DNA of 64,000 nt from Bilabrum cf. latius (taxonomy: Eukaryota), in assembly GCA_965178125.1 (NCBI GenBank), contig OZ237761.1, positions 620,001-684,000 on the forward strand, read 5' to 3'. Shown here piece after piece: positions 1 to 11,532 of the stretch. Within the stretch, counting starts at the first letter, position 1, and each line of letters begins with the position of its first letter. Both the position numbers and the translations under genes were made by a program. Below the pieces are notes generated by a model. That model was not told the DNA's origin, did not search any database, and saw only the letters and a list, made by a program, of their open reading frames with translations.

Positions 1-510
1 TACATCTAATGATGGGTTCTCATCGTGTAATTCATCACTTGCTATACTCAACCTTAAACTCCATTCTTTGATATCTTCATCCTCTGGGCATTCGTGAATG
101 GTATAATGAAGATAATATTTCTTTGAATGATAATCGGTCAGGCTCTCAACTCTATATTTATCTTTTTCAATTATTTCGGCTTTATCGGTTAATTTAACAA
201 CCATAGATTTATGGCACCGCACAAATAAAGGTTTCATCCTCTAGACGGCTTTAAATGAACCATCTTTATATTCTAAACAAACCCTTTTAAAACTCTCTTT
301 TTTCCTACTTAGATAATAGACCTTTATATCGTCTTTCTCTCTAATCTCTATATCCATTTTTAAACCTGAAACAAGTTTATAAAGGTTCTTTGTAGTTATG
401 GGCTTACCGTTAAATACCTTTTCTAGATACTTTACGGATTGAATGGGGTTATCATACTTTTTACCAAAGCATATATTTAATTGATTTAACACATTTTCGT
501 AATTTATCAT
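1..510 (-). CDS. Virophage protein, N-terminal part; runs off the window
   Basis: ATG at 510. Frame stays open to position 1 when TAG at 241 is read through. Conserved upstream motif at 540-556. Product not recognisable. Confidence 0.6.
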
Positions 511-588
511 TTCCTATAGTATATTATATTTAATATATTTTTAAGCCATTTTAAACACATATTATAAAGTTTAAATTATAAAATGTAA

Positions 589-930
589 TTATTGTTTCGG
601 AGCAGTGAGGATTAATATAAATCTCTTCACTTGCTCATCACTTAAGAAGGTATAACGAGAAGAAGGACTGAATAGCATTACATCATCCTTTAGTTTAAAT
701 ACTGACGAAGTTCGCCAGCCTATGGGGTAGAGAGAACTAACATACGCATCATAATTTTTTAAATGGGGCTTTTGTTTTAATAATCTCTAGATATATTTTT
801 TTAATAAAGTCTTCATTTCTAAATCATTATATCCATCATCTGGACGAGGAGGAAACACAAAATTATATACGGGCTTATTGTTTTTAATAAGTTGAGTTCT
901 AACAATTTGAATATCACGTAATTTAACCAT
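589..930 (-). CDS. Virophage hypothetical protein (113 aa)
   Basis: ATG 930, one internal TAG, TAA 589. TCTA/TATATA upstream. Confidence 0.6.
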
Positions 931-1022
931 TTTTATATATATACTATAGATATTTTATTTTTAAGCCAAATAGACGCGTTTAAAATGACTTAAAGATTTT
1001 ATTTTATTATAATATATATAGA

Positions 1023-1568
1023 ATGTCAAAATTTGAGAGTTATGAACCGAGCGAATTAATGGAACTTTTAGAAGAAGGAGCCGTAAAGAAAGCCAAGAAA
1101 TATATTAATCAATTCTTCTTTAAAACTTTTAAAGGGATATTTTTTAATAATACCGTAGAAGATAAATTTGAACTAGTGGATGAAGACGAATTAAATGGTT
1201 TGTATCTAACCCCTGATATGAAGACCGACAGCGCCAAAAATCCATTTGTTCCATACATTTATATGTTTTCTAGTGAGCCCCCGATTTATTATACAGGAAA
1301 TTTTGAGAGTAAAGACCCCATAATGACAATTAAAAAGAAGGACAAACCCATCAAATATATTAATTTGTCATACGGTCAATTTATACCCGAGGAAGTAGAG
1401 GAACCAGAAGAAGAAGAAGAACCAATAAGACCCAAGAAAAAGACTAAGAAGAGGAATAAGAAGAAACAAAAACGTGATAATAATAGAAATGTTGATAAAC
1501 CAGATGATGAAGATGATGATGAAGAAACCTTTAGAGACCAACTAAACGAGGCATTAAAAGATTTCTAA
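1023..1568 (+). CDS. Virophage hypothetical protein with acidic/basic C-terminus (181 aa)
   Basis: Clean ATG-TAA ORF. Motif GTTTAAAATGACTTAAA ends 28 nt upstream. Confidence 0.75.
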   Translation: MSKFESYEPSELMELLEEGAVKKAKKYINQFFFKTFKGIFFNNTVEDKFELVDEDELNGLYLTPDMKTDSAKNPFVPYIYMFSSEPPIYYTGNFESKDPIMTIKKKDKPIKYINLSYGQFIPEEVEEPEEEEEPIRPKKKTKKRNKKKQKRDNNRNVDKPDDEDDDEETFRDQLNEALKDF

Positions 1569-1629
1569 ATAATTTAATATTTCTACTAATATTAAATATG
1601 ATATCTTTATTAAAAGTTGAACACCTTGA

Positions 1630-1825
1630 CCATCTAATAAAAGGGCTAGAATATTAAAATATATATGGTTATCTCTATATTAAAATCCATACGATGGCTA
1701 TATCCACAAATTGCGTATTAGTATATGTATTATTTAGCAAAACGTGGATGGATTAGCTTTATGAAGATGATTTGATTGATAACGTATTTCTAGCCCAAAA
1801 GTTCCATCACTTTAGAAGGTTGTAA
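1630..1825 (-). repeat. Dispersed ~190-bp non-coding virophage element, copy A
   Basis: Reverse complement matches 12620-12813 (e.g. ATACGCAATTTGTGGATATAGCCATCGTATGGATTTTA) and partly 22449-22585. Confidence 0.8.
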
Positions 1826-1890
1826 TATAGCCCCTTCTAACTCCCATCATCAATATGTTAAATATTAATTTTATCATTAATATCTAATTA

Positions 1891-1983
1891 TTATTTACCA
1901 ATATGACATTTATAACAAATTGAATATTTCATATCTTTAATTCTAGACACTCCGCATTTTTTACACGCCTTTTTTCCATTGAT
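1891..1983 (-). pseudogene. 3' fragment of the virophage multi-zinc-finger gene disrupted by Ngaro
   Basis: INGKKACKKCGVSRIKDMKYSICYKCHIGK-TAA. Joins in frame to 8629-9093 when the retrotransposon is removed. Confidence 0.85.
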
Positions 1984-2109
1984 GCCAGAGTGTACGCGCA
2001 ACCTAGTCTCGTTAACAATCAGACATGGCAAGACCTGACAAAGCTGTGCCTGTGCGCGACCCTTGACCGGACTGACCGGGGCTGGGAAGAGCACGTGCAC
2101 TACTCCGCC
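1981..2109 (-). repeat. Ngaro repeat B2
   Basis: 129 bp, identical by eye to 2313-2441. Confidence 0.95.
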
Positions 2110-2133
2110 GAGGAGGAGGGGGTTGGGAGGGTG

Positions 2134-2311
2134 GGCAAAAATTACCCAATCTCCGCCCCTCTCCTGAACACAGAGAGGGTATGCGCGTCATCGCAAGCAA
2201 TCCGTTGGCTTGGTCGCACCTTCCCGGTCGCAACCGCCATCGGAACCCAACGAGACGTTCACGCGCTCCCACTCTGGCATCAACACCGAACCCCATCCGG
2301 CGTTAGGATCA
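2134..2311 (-). repeat. Ngaro repeat A2
   Basis: 178 bp, identical by eye to 8453-8630. Confidence 0.95.
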
Positions 2312-2312
2312 T

Positions 2313-2441
2313 GATGCCAGAGTGTACGCGCAACCTAGTCTCGTTAACAATCAGACATGGCAAGACCTGACAAAGCTGTGCCTGTGCGCGACCCTTGACC
2401 GGACTGACCGGGGCTGGGAAGAGCACGTGCACTACTCCGCC
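2313..2441 (-). repeat. Ngaro repeat B1
   Basis: Direct copy of 1981-2109. Confidence 0.95.
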
Positions 2442-2481
2442 AAATCTTACCGCCATGTCTTGTACGCTGCGGCTGTGTGGC

Positions 2482-3819
2482 TCACTCCAAGTTCAGCCGC
2501 AGCGCGCTGGCCAGCACCCACACTGGCCTGTTCAAATCGAGGCTCCTGCCGCCGAGCTCCAGAGGAGGCAAGCCTTCCCTGACGCCCCGCAAGTACACCT
2601 CGCATGCAGATGCCGACTTCCATCTGCCAAATCGCCTAATGACCTCGAAGGCGACCCCAGCACGGTCCAAACACATCACTGCCGCGATGCGGATGGAATG
2701 TCCGTGCACCGCTCCTGCAACTTCTCGTGAGCAGAAGCTGCGGAGCGCCCGTACTACCTGCGCCTTGACGATCGGCTTCGTGTTCGCCACGAAGACTGGC
2801 CCTGACGTGGGGCAGCTGAGCGCCAGCTACCGGGCGTAGTCTTCGTCTGCGCCTGCAGTTGGGGCGTGGCTCGCTGCTGCCCACGCCACGAAGGCTCGCA
2901 CGCCGCAGAACCTGCTGCCTGTGACTGCCCATCGTCCGGCTCTGCAATGGACTGCGATGGGCTCTGCGGCTTGGATGGAGAACTTGGCTGGGCCGTCGGC
3001 TTTGTGGAGGCCCAGGCGGATGGCAACACCATGGATGCGTCCGTCTCGCGTGATGAACTGCACTTGCTGCCATTGGAGGCCGGCTTGTCGTCTGGACGCA
3101 CCGACGAGCTCTCCCAGCCGGAGGCCCCCACAGAAGCAGAGACAGACAGCTGCCCGAGCAGCCTACTCTGTTGTGCTGCAACCGGCTGTCGAGAAACACC
3201 GTCGGATTGCGCGGAGTGGGGCTGAAGATCGACGCAACGGGTGCGCCGATGGCGATGCTTTGTGGTAGTACCGGAGGATGCTGTCGAGCTAGCTTGACCG
3301 TGGGACGCCGCACGCTCCTGTGGACTCGATGACGACTCGCTAGGCATTTCTGGTGTATGTAGCGATGGTGCCGCCACTGAGAGGCGAACATTCCCCTAAG
3401 AAGACTGCGAATCTCGAGAGCGCTGCATTGAGCCTGAACGCGAAGAGTCTGCGAGCTGCTGGAAGATGCCCGTCCATGAAGCTGCGGTCGATGTCGTACC
3501 ACGTGAGGAAGTTGTCGAAGTGCCCCCACGCCGTGCGCAACCCACTGAGTCCAGAGTGGCCACCAGCGTGAAATGGTCGTGCTTGGACAAGGTGTTCCAG
3601 ATCGGCGTGGGACAGTTGACCGGATACACCGCGTCCAGGTGCGTGTATGCCTCCTGTGAGCCGCGGCTCAAAGCGTCCGCAACGACGTTGTCCTCGCCAG
3701 GAATGTGTTTCACGTGAATCTGCACATCTTGCGTTGTCTGCAGTACGAAGATAGGGCGAAGTAAGGCTGCCATGATGTGGCTCTTGGGTCTGCCGTAGCG
3801 TATCAGCTACACGGAAGCA
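2482..3819 (-). CDS. Tyrosine recombinase of Ngaro element (start uncertain)
   Basis: One frame open 3819-2482 with 4 TAG (3340, 3289, 3163, 2827). Motifs GGLRLGEL, HKAD, GHSIRIAA, GRWKS and EVY. Ends in TGA. Confidence 0.88.
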
Positions 3820-6800
3820 TCATTATCACACCACAAACGCACCACACGTCCACGCAGGTGCTGTCGCCAATGCGCCAGTGCCAACAAACATGTTGCAAGT
3901 TCTGCCGCCGCTACATCCTTCGCCTCTAGGCGATGCGGCCAAGTGCCCTGGATGCCGGTGTGCGAAGTGATGTTGCCGTCCTTGTCGTGGAGAAGCAGCT
4001 CGGCGCCGTAGCCTGTCACCGACGCATCAGTGCGAAGGATGGGACAGTCAATGGTGCCCCGCATCGGAAAACTGCGCCCGCCTTTGCGCTGGATAGCCAC
4101 CTGGAATCCCTCGAGGATTTCCCCAACTGTGAAGCCACCCTTGGACACAAAGGAGGTGGGGACCCACACCTCACCTGGTCGTGACCGGCTGGCCTACTTG
4201 TGAAGGGCCCAGCCCTTGGCGTCATACAGGGGACGTAGAGCACCGCGCATACCATAAAGTGCGCCCGACAGGAAGGACAACTTGCCGACCAAGGTCTCAA
4301 AGCTAGACAGCAGCATCCCCTTCGTCGTGAGTGCCTCGTGCAGTCTGCGCAGGACGTCGTTGGCCTTGTCCTTAGGGCACCGCACCTCGTGTTTGATCAA
4401 GTCGTAGGTGAGGCCCAAGTACTCGAATACCGGGGCTGGGGCCCCTTGCTTCAATGCTTTCGAGATGCTGACGGGGAAGTTTGTGGAGTCCAGCTGCCCC
4501 ATGGCTCGAATTGCCCATGCATCGACTTCGTGATCTCCGCCGAGGCAGGCAAAGTCATCTACAAACACCTCATTTTCGACCTACCAATGGCGGGACTAGT
4601 CTTGGGCCGTCTTGACATGTCCCGTTGTCGTGCTAGCGGCAGGCGGGGTGGACGTTGCTGACGAGTTCGCCTGGGGCGCCTGGTCCGTCGTGCTGGATTG
4701 GGCGTTGGCGTGCTGCTGCTTCCGGCGTCGTTGCTTCTGCTTGTGTCTCCGTCCGGGTCGCATGGCCCTGCCAATGGACTGTTCCTCGAGGGCTTGGGCC
4801 AAAGCCGAACTGATCGTAGTTGCGAATGCGGGAGATGATGAGCTGCCCATAGAGAGCCTGAAATCTTGCACGATGCGCCCGTCGGGCAGCTTGATCAGGT
4901 TGTATTGGAGATCCTCCACTGCCACCGGCAGGACCCGAAAGTACGAGGAAATGTCGACGACGTATCCGCTGGCACGCTTGGGGCAGGATCGAACTGCTGC
5001 GGCTGCCGAGCGCAGCACGTCCATGCTGCTCGTCTGCTGCACAGGCGTGGCTGCACTGTAGTCGATGGCCTTGTTCAGACCGGTACGCTGGCCGTTCACC
5101 TTGAGTGAGGAGTCCTGAAGGAACCGTAGCTTTGTCGAGTCCTTCTTGGGGATCACCAGCGGCCGGGCCCGGGCTGTGTCGAAATCTTTGGGTGACACGA
5201 AGTCACGCTCGCCAGCCCGCATGGAGCGCCCGATCTCGCAGGCGATCTCCCACTTTTCTTCCGGAGACAGCTTACGGTCCTTGTAGTCTAGATCGTGCTC
5301 TTTGGGCACCTCGTCCACGATGGCTAGGGGGCAACCATAGTTCAGTGCTGCCAGTACACGCTCGACTCGTGGGAGGGCTTTAAACTCGGCAAGGGACGGG
5401 GCCTTCCTCGGTGTGCGGCCGCCAAACAGAACCTCCCGCCGGGTCCGCAGTGTTGCAGTCTAGCGAGGCACCTTGTCGAAGTACTTGCGTGGCGTGAATG
5501 CCAGCGGGTCGTCGTGAACCTTCAGGTGGAGCCGCTCACGGTCCCACGTCGCAGCTGGAGCCTCCACGAATTCGCCGGGACATTCTCTGGTACGCTGGTG
5601 ATCGTCCTTTCGCTGTATGAAGTCCTCGACGGAGGGTGCTGTCGTCCCTGCCCACTCATGGCTTGGATCCGGAGCTGGATATGCCCAGTCAACGAATGCT
5701 GGAGAGATGTCCGTCCTACCTGGCAGCCTCGTGGATGACGCCGTGGGCGGCCGCTGCGGTCGCTTAGGGCGCGCTAGGGCCACCAGGACTGGGTGAAGCG
5801 CGGGCGTTGACGTGACAGGTGGTGTGGAAGCAGCACACGCGTCCGATGTGGTGGTAGTCTGCGTACGCCCCTGCGGCAGTGTTGGTGTTGGAGTGCTGGG
5901 CTGGCTCTGACGTGACGTACCTCGTGGGGGGGGGTCAGGTGAAGGCTCCTTGGACTTCCTGGTGGAGCCCCCGTCCTGCCGGTCCGCACGCTGGTGCTGG
6001 CCACCTTGCTGGCCTGCACCGCCACGTCCACGGCCTCGACGGTGTCGACCTCCGCCACGATCGGCACTGGGCTGGTCGCTGTCACCCCCGCTGTGCCTGG
6101 AGCCTCCACTGCCCCCGCCTCCACTGCCCCGGCCTCCACTGCCCCCGCGGGGGTCGAAGTGACGGGACAGTGCTGCTCGACGGGACGGCGCCTGCATGTC
6201 AGCCTGGACTCCCTGTAGCAGTCCGCGCACGAGGCCAGGTTCGCCTGATCTGCATGCCTCAGTGGCCCACGGATGCAGCAATTGTAGGAGACGCATGCAG
6301 TCGCCAGAAGAGCAAGATGGAATCTCATTCCCAACAAGGTCACGAATCTCAACGTCACAGCGTTCGCCTGTATGGCGCCAAGCATGGGATGAGAGCATCT
6401 CAAAAGCTGAACTTCCGCGTGGTATCACACACACAGCGGCAAACACCACCTCTAGTCTGGACGCCGATGCAGATGATGCCCCGGAAGCACTAACTAAACG
6501 AAGAAAATCATTGCGAACCTGCCCTAAGGTTTTCCAATCGGGCACTAGTGATGCTGGACACTACCACGAGCTGCTGCCCTGCGGCAACCAGGACGGCAAG
6601 GACGCCGTCGAATGCACGCAAGCAGCCCGCACAAGCACACAGCCTAAAGCAAAGGAAATAGCCGAGTAAATAGTGCATAGTAACTCGCTAGATGGTACCT
6701 ACTTGTCTCGTCCGCCTGCAGCAGACGACTCCGAGTTGGACGCATCAAACTTCCCAAAACTAGCATTGCTCATCGGCAGAGCTGCATGAAGCCGGCTCGT

Positions 6801-8435
6801 GAACGAGAAAATAGCCGATTCAATCTTGGCTCTCGTCACAGCCTGACCAAACAGGGCACGGGCCAGTTCGGCAGCGAAATCGCGGCCGCTAGCGTCCAAA
6901 TGAAGCGCGTCAGCCTAGCAAAACCGCGGCATGAACGCGGATTGGCGAAAGATCGAGGTCAACGTTGCCAAGAAATCATCAGAAAACCAATTCTGCATTC
7001 GAATTGCAGCGATTGAAGGTGCAGAGGCCTCACGCTACAAATTCTCCACTGGTTGCGAGCGACCGACCGCGGAGTCCACTGCCGTGCCTGCGCCCGGTGA
7101 AACTGGGTCAATTGAAGACGCAGGCTGCGGTGAGGCAGAAGATGAGACAGGAGGTTCACGGGGTGGCTGATGAGCGGGTAGAGCGTCGACCGGTGGCGGG
7201 GATGAGTGCATCGAAGCTGCCAGTCGGTGCTAGAAGTACCATTGTAATTCCACGTGGGCGGAGAGGTGCGACAGCAGCTCTTGCTGGCGCAGAGTCGGAA
7301 TGCTGTGCCACAGCGCAAACAGGCGTAGATGCAGAATTGTCGCTGGGTCGGCCTTTCCCCGCAGCGTCGTGGAGTGCAACACTGCCCGTTGGAGATCCCC
7401 AGGAAGGCGGCCCCAGACCGCATCAAGCTAGCGGCTGGTGCCCGGAGTCACGCCGGGGGAGTCATAAGCCGGAGACACACGAGGGAGAAGAAGCTGAGGG
7501 CCTGCCGGGCCCGTTGACCGTGATGCTGCACTGCTGAGCGCCTCCGCGAGCACTGTCGGATCGCCGAAGTCCCGAGTGCTTGGCCTACCGGGGAGCCTGC
7601 CCGAGGCAGGTGGAGGTTGGTGCCGCGGGGGTGAAGACGTTGAGAAGTTGGGCTGGCCGCTGCGCTGGGTAGCTGCTGCTGTCCCCGGGGGCCCTCGGTT
7701 CGGGGACTCGTGCAGGTGGGCCCGCCCGCCCCGCGCGAGCGGGGTCGGCCGCGTCGAAGAGCCTGGCCGCGCCCGCAAGGGCGAAATTCCGCGGCTTGTC
7801 CTGGTGGCACTCTACGCCGCTCGGTTGCGTCCAGGTGAAGCATGGATGGCGGCGCCGAAGTCGAGGTGTCCTGGTGGCCGATGCTGTCCGCGAAGAGAAG
7901 CTGTCCCCCGGCCCGTCGGTAGTGAACTCAGGGACCATGGAGACTCGATTGAAGAAGGAGCCTCTGGAGATTGCTGAGCATGATGAAGATGTACGTGTCC
8001 TGCGAGTCGCTCAGGCTGTTGCCGTCGAGGGGAGCTCGACGATGCCGGCAGAAGCAGCCGTGCACCGAGAGTCGTTAGCGTCCCATTTGACACGAACTTG
8101 GCGAGAGCGGTGCTCTTGACAGCATTAATGGACCGGGATGCCGTGAAGGACTGCTTTGATGAGTACCTGTCGAGCAAATAGCACAGGAACCCCGCATCGT
8201 GTGAACGTTGAAGATCAAGATCTCGAGGTGCCATGGTGTCGCGCTGCACGTTGAGACGAGCAATGAAATCCGAGAACACAGCATCATTCATACCATATCG
8301 AGTAGCTAAATCGGCCAACGTGACCGCAGGTTGGCCTACCGCGCGAGCGAACACTGCAGCTGCGGCGATCACCCTGTCGCTGCCAGATGCCCGGCGCGCC
8401 GCCGCTTCAATCCGATGGCTACCGGCGCTGTTCAT
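2676..8435 (-). CDS. Ngaro polyprotein: putative gag-like region + reverse transcriptase + RNase H (~1919 aa)
   Basis: ATG 8435 to TGA 2676 is open apart from 14 TAG. RT motifs KLRFLQD, VDISSYF, LSMGSSSSP, FVDDF and EYLGL. RNase H motifs TDAS, AELA, CDN and HIPGEDNVVADALSR. Confidence 0.8.
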
Positions 8436-8452
8436 GTTAAATGAACGGAGCA

Positions 8453-8630
8453 GGCAAAAATTACCCAATCTCCGCCCCTCTCCTGAACACAGAGAGGGTA
8501 TGCGCGTCATCGCAAGCAATCCGTTGGCTTGGTCGCACCTTCCCGGTCGCAACCGCCATCGGAACCCAACGAGACGTTCACGCGCTCCCACTCTGGCATC
8601 AACACCGAACCCCATCCGGCGTTAGGATCA
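8453..8630 (-). repeat. Ngaro repeat A1 (5' end)
   Basis: Direct copy of 2134-2311. Confidence 0.95.
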
Positions 8631-9093
8631 ATTTTGTAATCGTATAACAAGACTTACATGTTGTCCTCCAATCTTTTTTTAGCATTTTACAAAGACACAC
8701 CTCACATCTTTTTTCATTCCTCTTTTTTTCCTCTAACTTTTTCTATTTCTTTTCTAACTCAATATGTCTTATTCCTTCACAGTGCTTATTATATCGGTCT
8801 CTTGCGACATCCTTTTTACATATTCCACACCACTAATATAAACATTTTTTACGAATTTGATTTTCTTTATCCTTTATCATCTACTTTATACAACTAGAAC
8901 CCACTTTAAAAACATATCCACTAGGGGTATGCTCTATTTCGTGCTCGGTTCGTATCTCGTGCCCACAAATACAATTACCCAATTTATCACCTTGAATAAC
9001 GGTTGAGCCAATATGAATTAATTTCTTCTAAATGTCCATCCATTTTATATTACCGGTATGTTCCTATATTTGTTCAATACACTTTTTACACAT
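8629..9093 (-). pseudogene. 5' part of virophage multi-zinc-finger gene (reconstructed 185 aa)
   Basis: MCKKC...CICGHEI...VGSSCI...WCGICKK..KHCEGIRH...CEVC..CKSC with several TAG. Conserved motif ends 29 nt upstream. Interrupted by Ngaro. Confidence 0.85.
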
Positions 9094-9233
9094 TCTCTAT
9101 ATAATATCTATATAATATAATCTTTAAGTCATTTTAAACGCGTTATATTATAAATTAGGGGCTTAAAAATAGACACTATAGAAATAGATGATTATAATAA
9201 TTAATAATTTCATAATATTAATTAATAAAATGA

Positions 9234-9524
9234 TTATCTTGCCTTATATAATTGAATGGGTTTCTTTTCTAATAGACAAACAGCCAAATAATGAAGTACA
9301 ATGTCATCATCTCTATACTTATTCCTCGTCTATATAATACATTTATAGGTTGAATATTTGAGATATAATAGCTTCTCTCTACTGTCTTTTTTTAATTGAT
9401 TGGTGATTTCTTTTACCTAATCACTGTTTGTAAAAATTACGGTCAAAACTCCATCAATTTCTGTCTGGATATAGACATCGTGTGTAGGCGGTAGATTCTC
9501 AATAATTTTATTTAACTTTTCCAT
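9234..9524 (-). CDS. Virophage hypothetical protein (96 aa)
   Basis: ATG 9524, two TAG, TAA 9234. Conserved motif ends 28 nt upstream. Confidence 0.6.
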
Positions 9525-9571
9525 TTGATATATATTAGTTAGTTAATATATATTTAAGTCATTTTAAACGT

Positions 9572-11461
9572 TTAAGATGTGCTTAAAAGGGCCTCGAGAT
9601 CTTCCCCACGCATAGCCTAGCCACCACGCATCGTAAGTTTTCCACCAAGCTTATTCAATTCTCCTCCACTATTTCCATATCCATAATGTGCCGCCGCTTT
9701 GCCAATAGCGCTATTGTCTCCTGTTAGACTTTTGAGTGGTCCTATATTCCTAATGGTTTTCGCTAGGTTTTTAGCCTAATCACTTTTTGCCCAATCTTTA
9801 ACCTTGTTCCATCCGTGTTTAAAGGCTCGTCCAATCTTAGACCAGAAACGACCTTTTCCACCCATAACATTAGCATAATTATCTAAATCCTCAAATACAG
9901 GCTAGAAACCTTTAGAACCACTTTCAGCATCACCACGTTTAGCAAGTTCAGAAAGCACTTTAGAAGGCTCAATAAGGGCGCCAGCCTCAGTATAGACACC
10001 GTTATCATTCACAAGAACATTATCATAAAACATCCATACTTTTATCTCGTATTTATCCTCATACGCACCATCCGCATATTTATTATAAGGGTTGAAGCAC
10101 TAAAGATTAACTTTAAGATTAAATCCAGTATTTACATTAGATTGAACACCAGCAAGTGTAGCAACATCTGAAGGTTTTAAAATCATATAGCAACCAGTAC
10201 CGCGGTTTCCATCACTTCCATCAATTGATGAACCATAAAAGGATGAAGGAGGAAGAGCATATCCGTTCTTTCTACTAATTCTATATAATTCGTGTGGATT
10301 ATCTACAGCCCCTAATTCCTCAGCGCTTCCATTGAGTGAGAAACCTATTCTTCTAATTGGTAAAGTTCTATTAGCCCAGTTAGGGTTATCATCACAACCA
10401 ACAAGGCGGGCACATACCATAATAGCACTAGGGATACCATTCTCACGGGATAATTGATAATCAAAAGAAGTTAAAGAATTTTCAGTTGCGGATTTAGGTA
10501 CAGGGACAGGCGCCTAAGACTAAAATTTAATTGTAGGCATATTATACATACAACGAGTCGGGGGGGCGTATCCACTCTAAAATTCAACTTCATCAACAAG
10601 AAGGGTCGTATTTGTTTCTCCTATAATTGACTAACCCGTTATTTTGTTAATATCTCCGTTATCTTTTGTAAAACTAGCCTTACACAGTCTTTGAATGGCA
10701 TTTACGTGATAATCTAAATCAACCTGAAGGCTTCTCACACCGGTAAAATATTTAGCATTTACATCAACATCTGCTCCTTTTAGTGGTATAGCTTCTTGAA
10801 AATCAATAGTCCAATCAATTTGGTCTCTATTACCCGCAACGAAATCAGCACTTACAGTCGTAAAAGCATTCCCATATGCTCCACGATAACTAAAGCTATC
10901 ACCGGCACTATATCCAACATCCTAACCCCAAGCTAAAGGATTTTTAAGGGTATCACTTACTTCACGATAATCACCAACAGTGTCAGGGCGTCCAACGGGT
11001 GAGATTGTGGATAAGGTTTCTTCACTGTTCATAACTTCAGTAGGTTCAGCCCATTCATAAACTTTTACTGTAAAAGGCTATCCATTAATTGTTAAAACAC
11101 CACCTTGAAGCATTTTAAAGGTAGGTAATGAATTAGTTCCAAACCTAGATTTAAGATAAGATTGAGCGGTAATAGCATCACCTCCCGCAGTTTGAGCTGG
11201 TACTGCTTGCTCTAGTTGTAGCCTAACTGTCATACGATGACGAAGACGAATAAACCTTGATACGGTTTTACTAGTAGGATTAACGGGGAAAGAAAGGGGA
11301 AGAAGAGAATTAGATTGATTAGATGATGGTCTAATTTCTCGGCGGGTATATTTTTGAACACCTAGTTCTGTTCCTAAACTAGCATCTTCAGGGGTTATCA
11401 TTTGAAGGCTTTTAGGAGCCTTAATGCTTACTGGTAAATTCTGAACCATTTGTTGAGCCAT
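9572..11461 (-). CDS. Virophage major capsid protein (629 aa)
   Basis: ATG 11461 to TAA 9572 with 10 internal TAG and no internal TAA/TGA. Size and position after the penton fit a virophage MCP. C-terminal Gly-Gly motifs. Confidence 0.85.
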
Positions 11462-11532
11462 TTTTTTATATATACACTATAGATATAAATTTTTTAATAT
11501 CTAAACATATTTTATAATCTTCTATAATTTAT

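Larger units (their letters stand above)
1981..8630 (-). mobile_element. Ngaro-type (DIRS order) tyrosine-recombinase retrotransposon, ~6.65 kb
   Basis: GC-rich insert with split direct repeats A1(8453-8630)...B1(2313-2441)-A2(2134-2311)-B2(1981-2109). Encodes RT, RNase H and tyrosine recombinase. Confidence 0.95.

Noticed and set aside
1-510. Calling the truncated ORF a protein-primed PolB or helicase
   Set aside because: No diagnostic motif in the 170 visible residues.
1981-2441. Assembly duplication or LTR
   Set aside because: The A1...B1-A2-B2 order is the diagnostic Ngaro split-repeat structure, and the element encodes a tyrosine recombinase rather than a DDE integrase.
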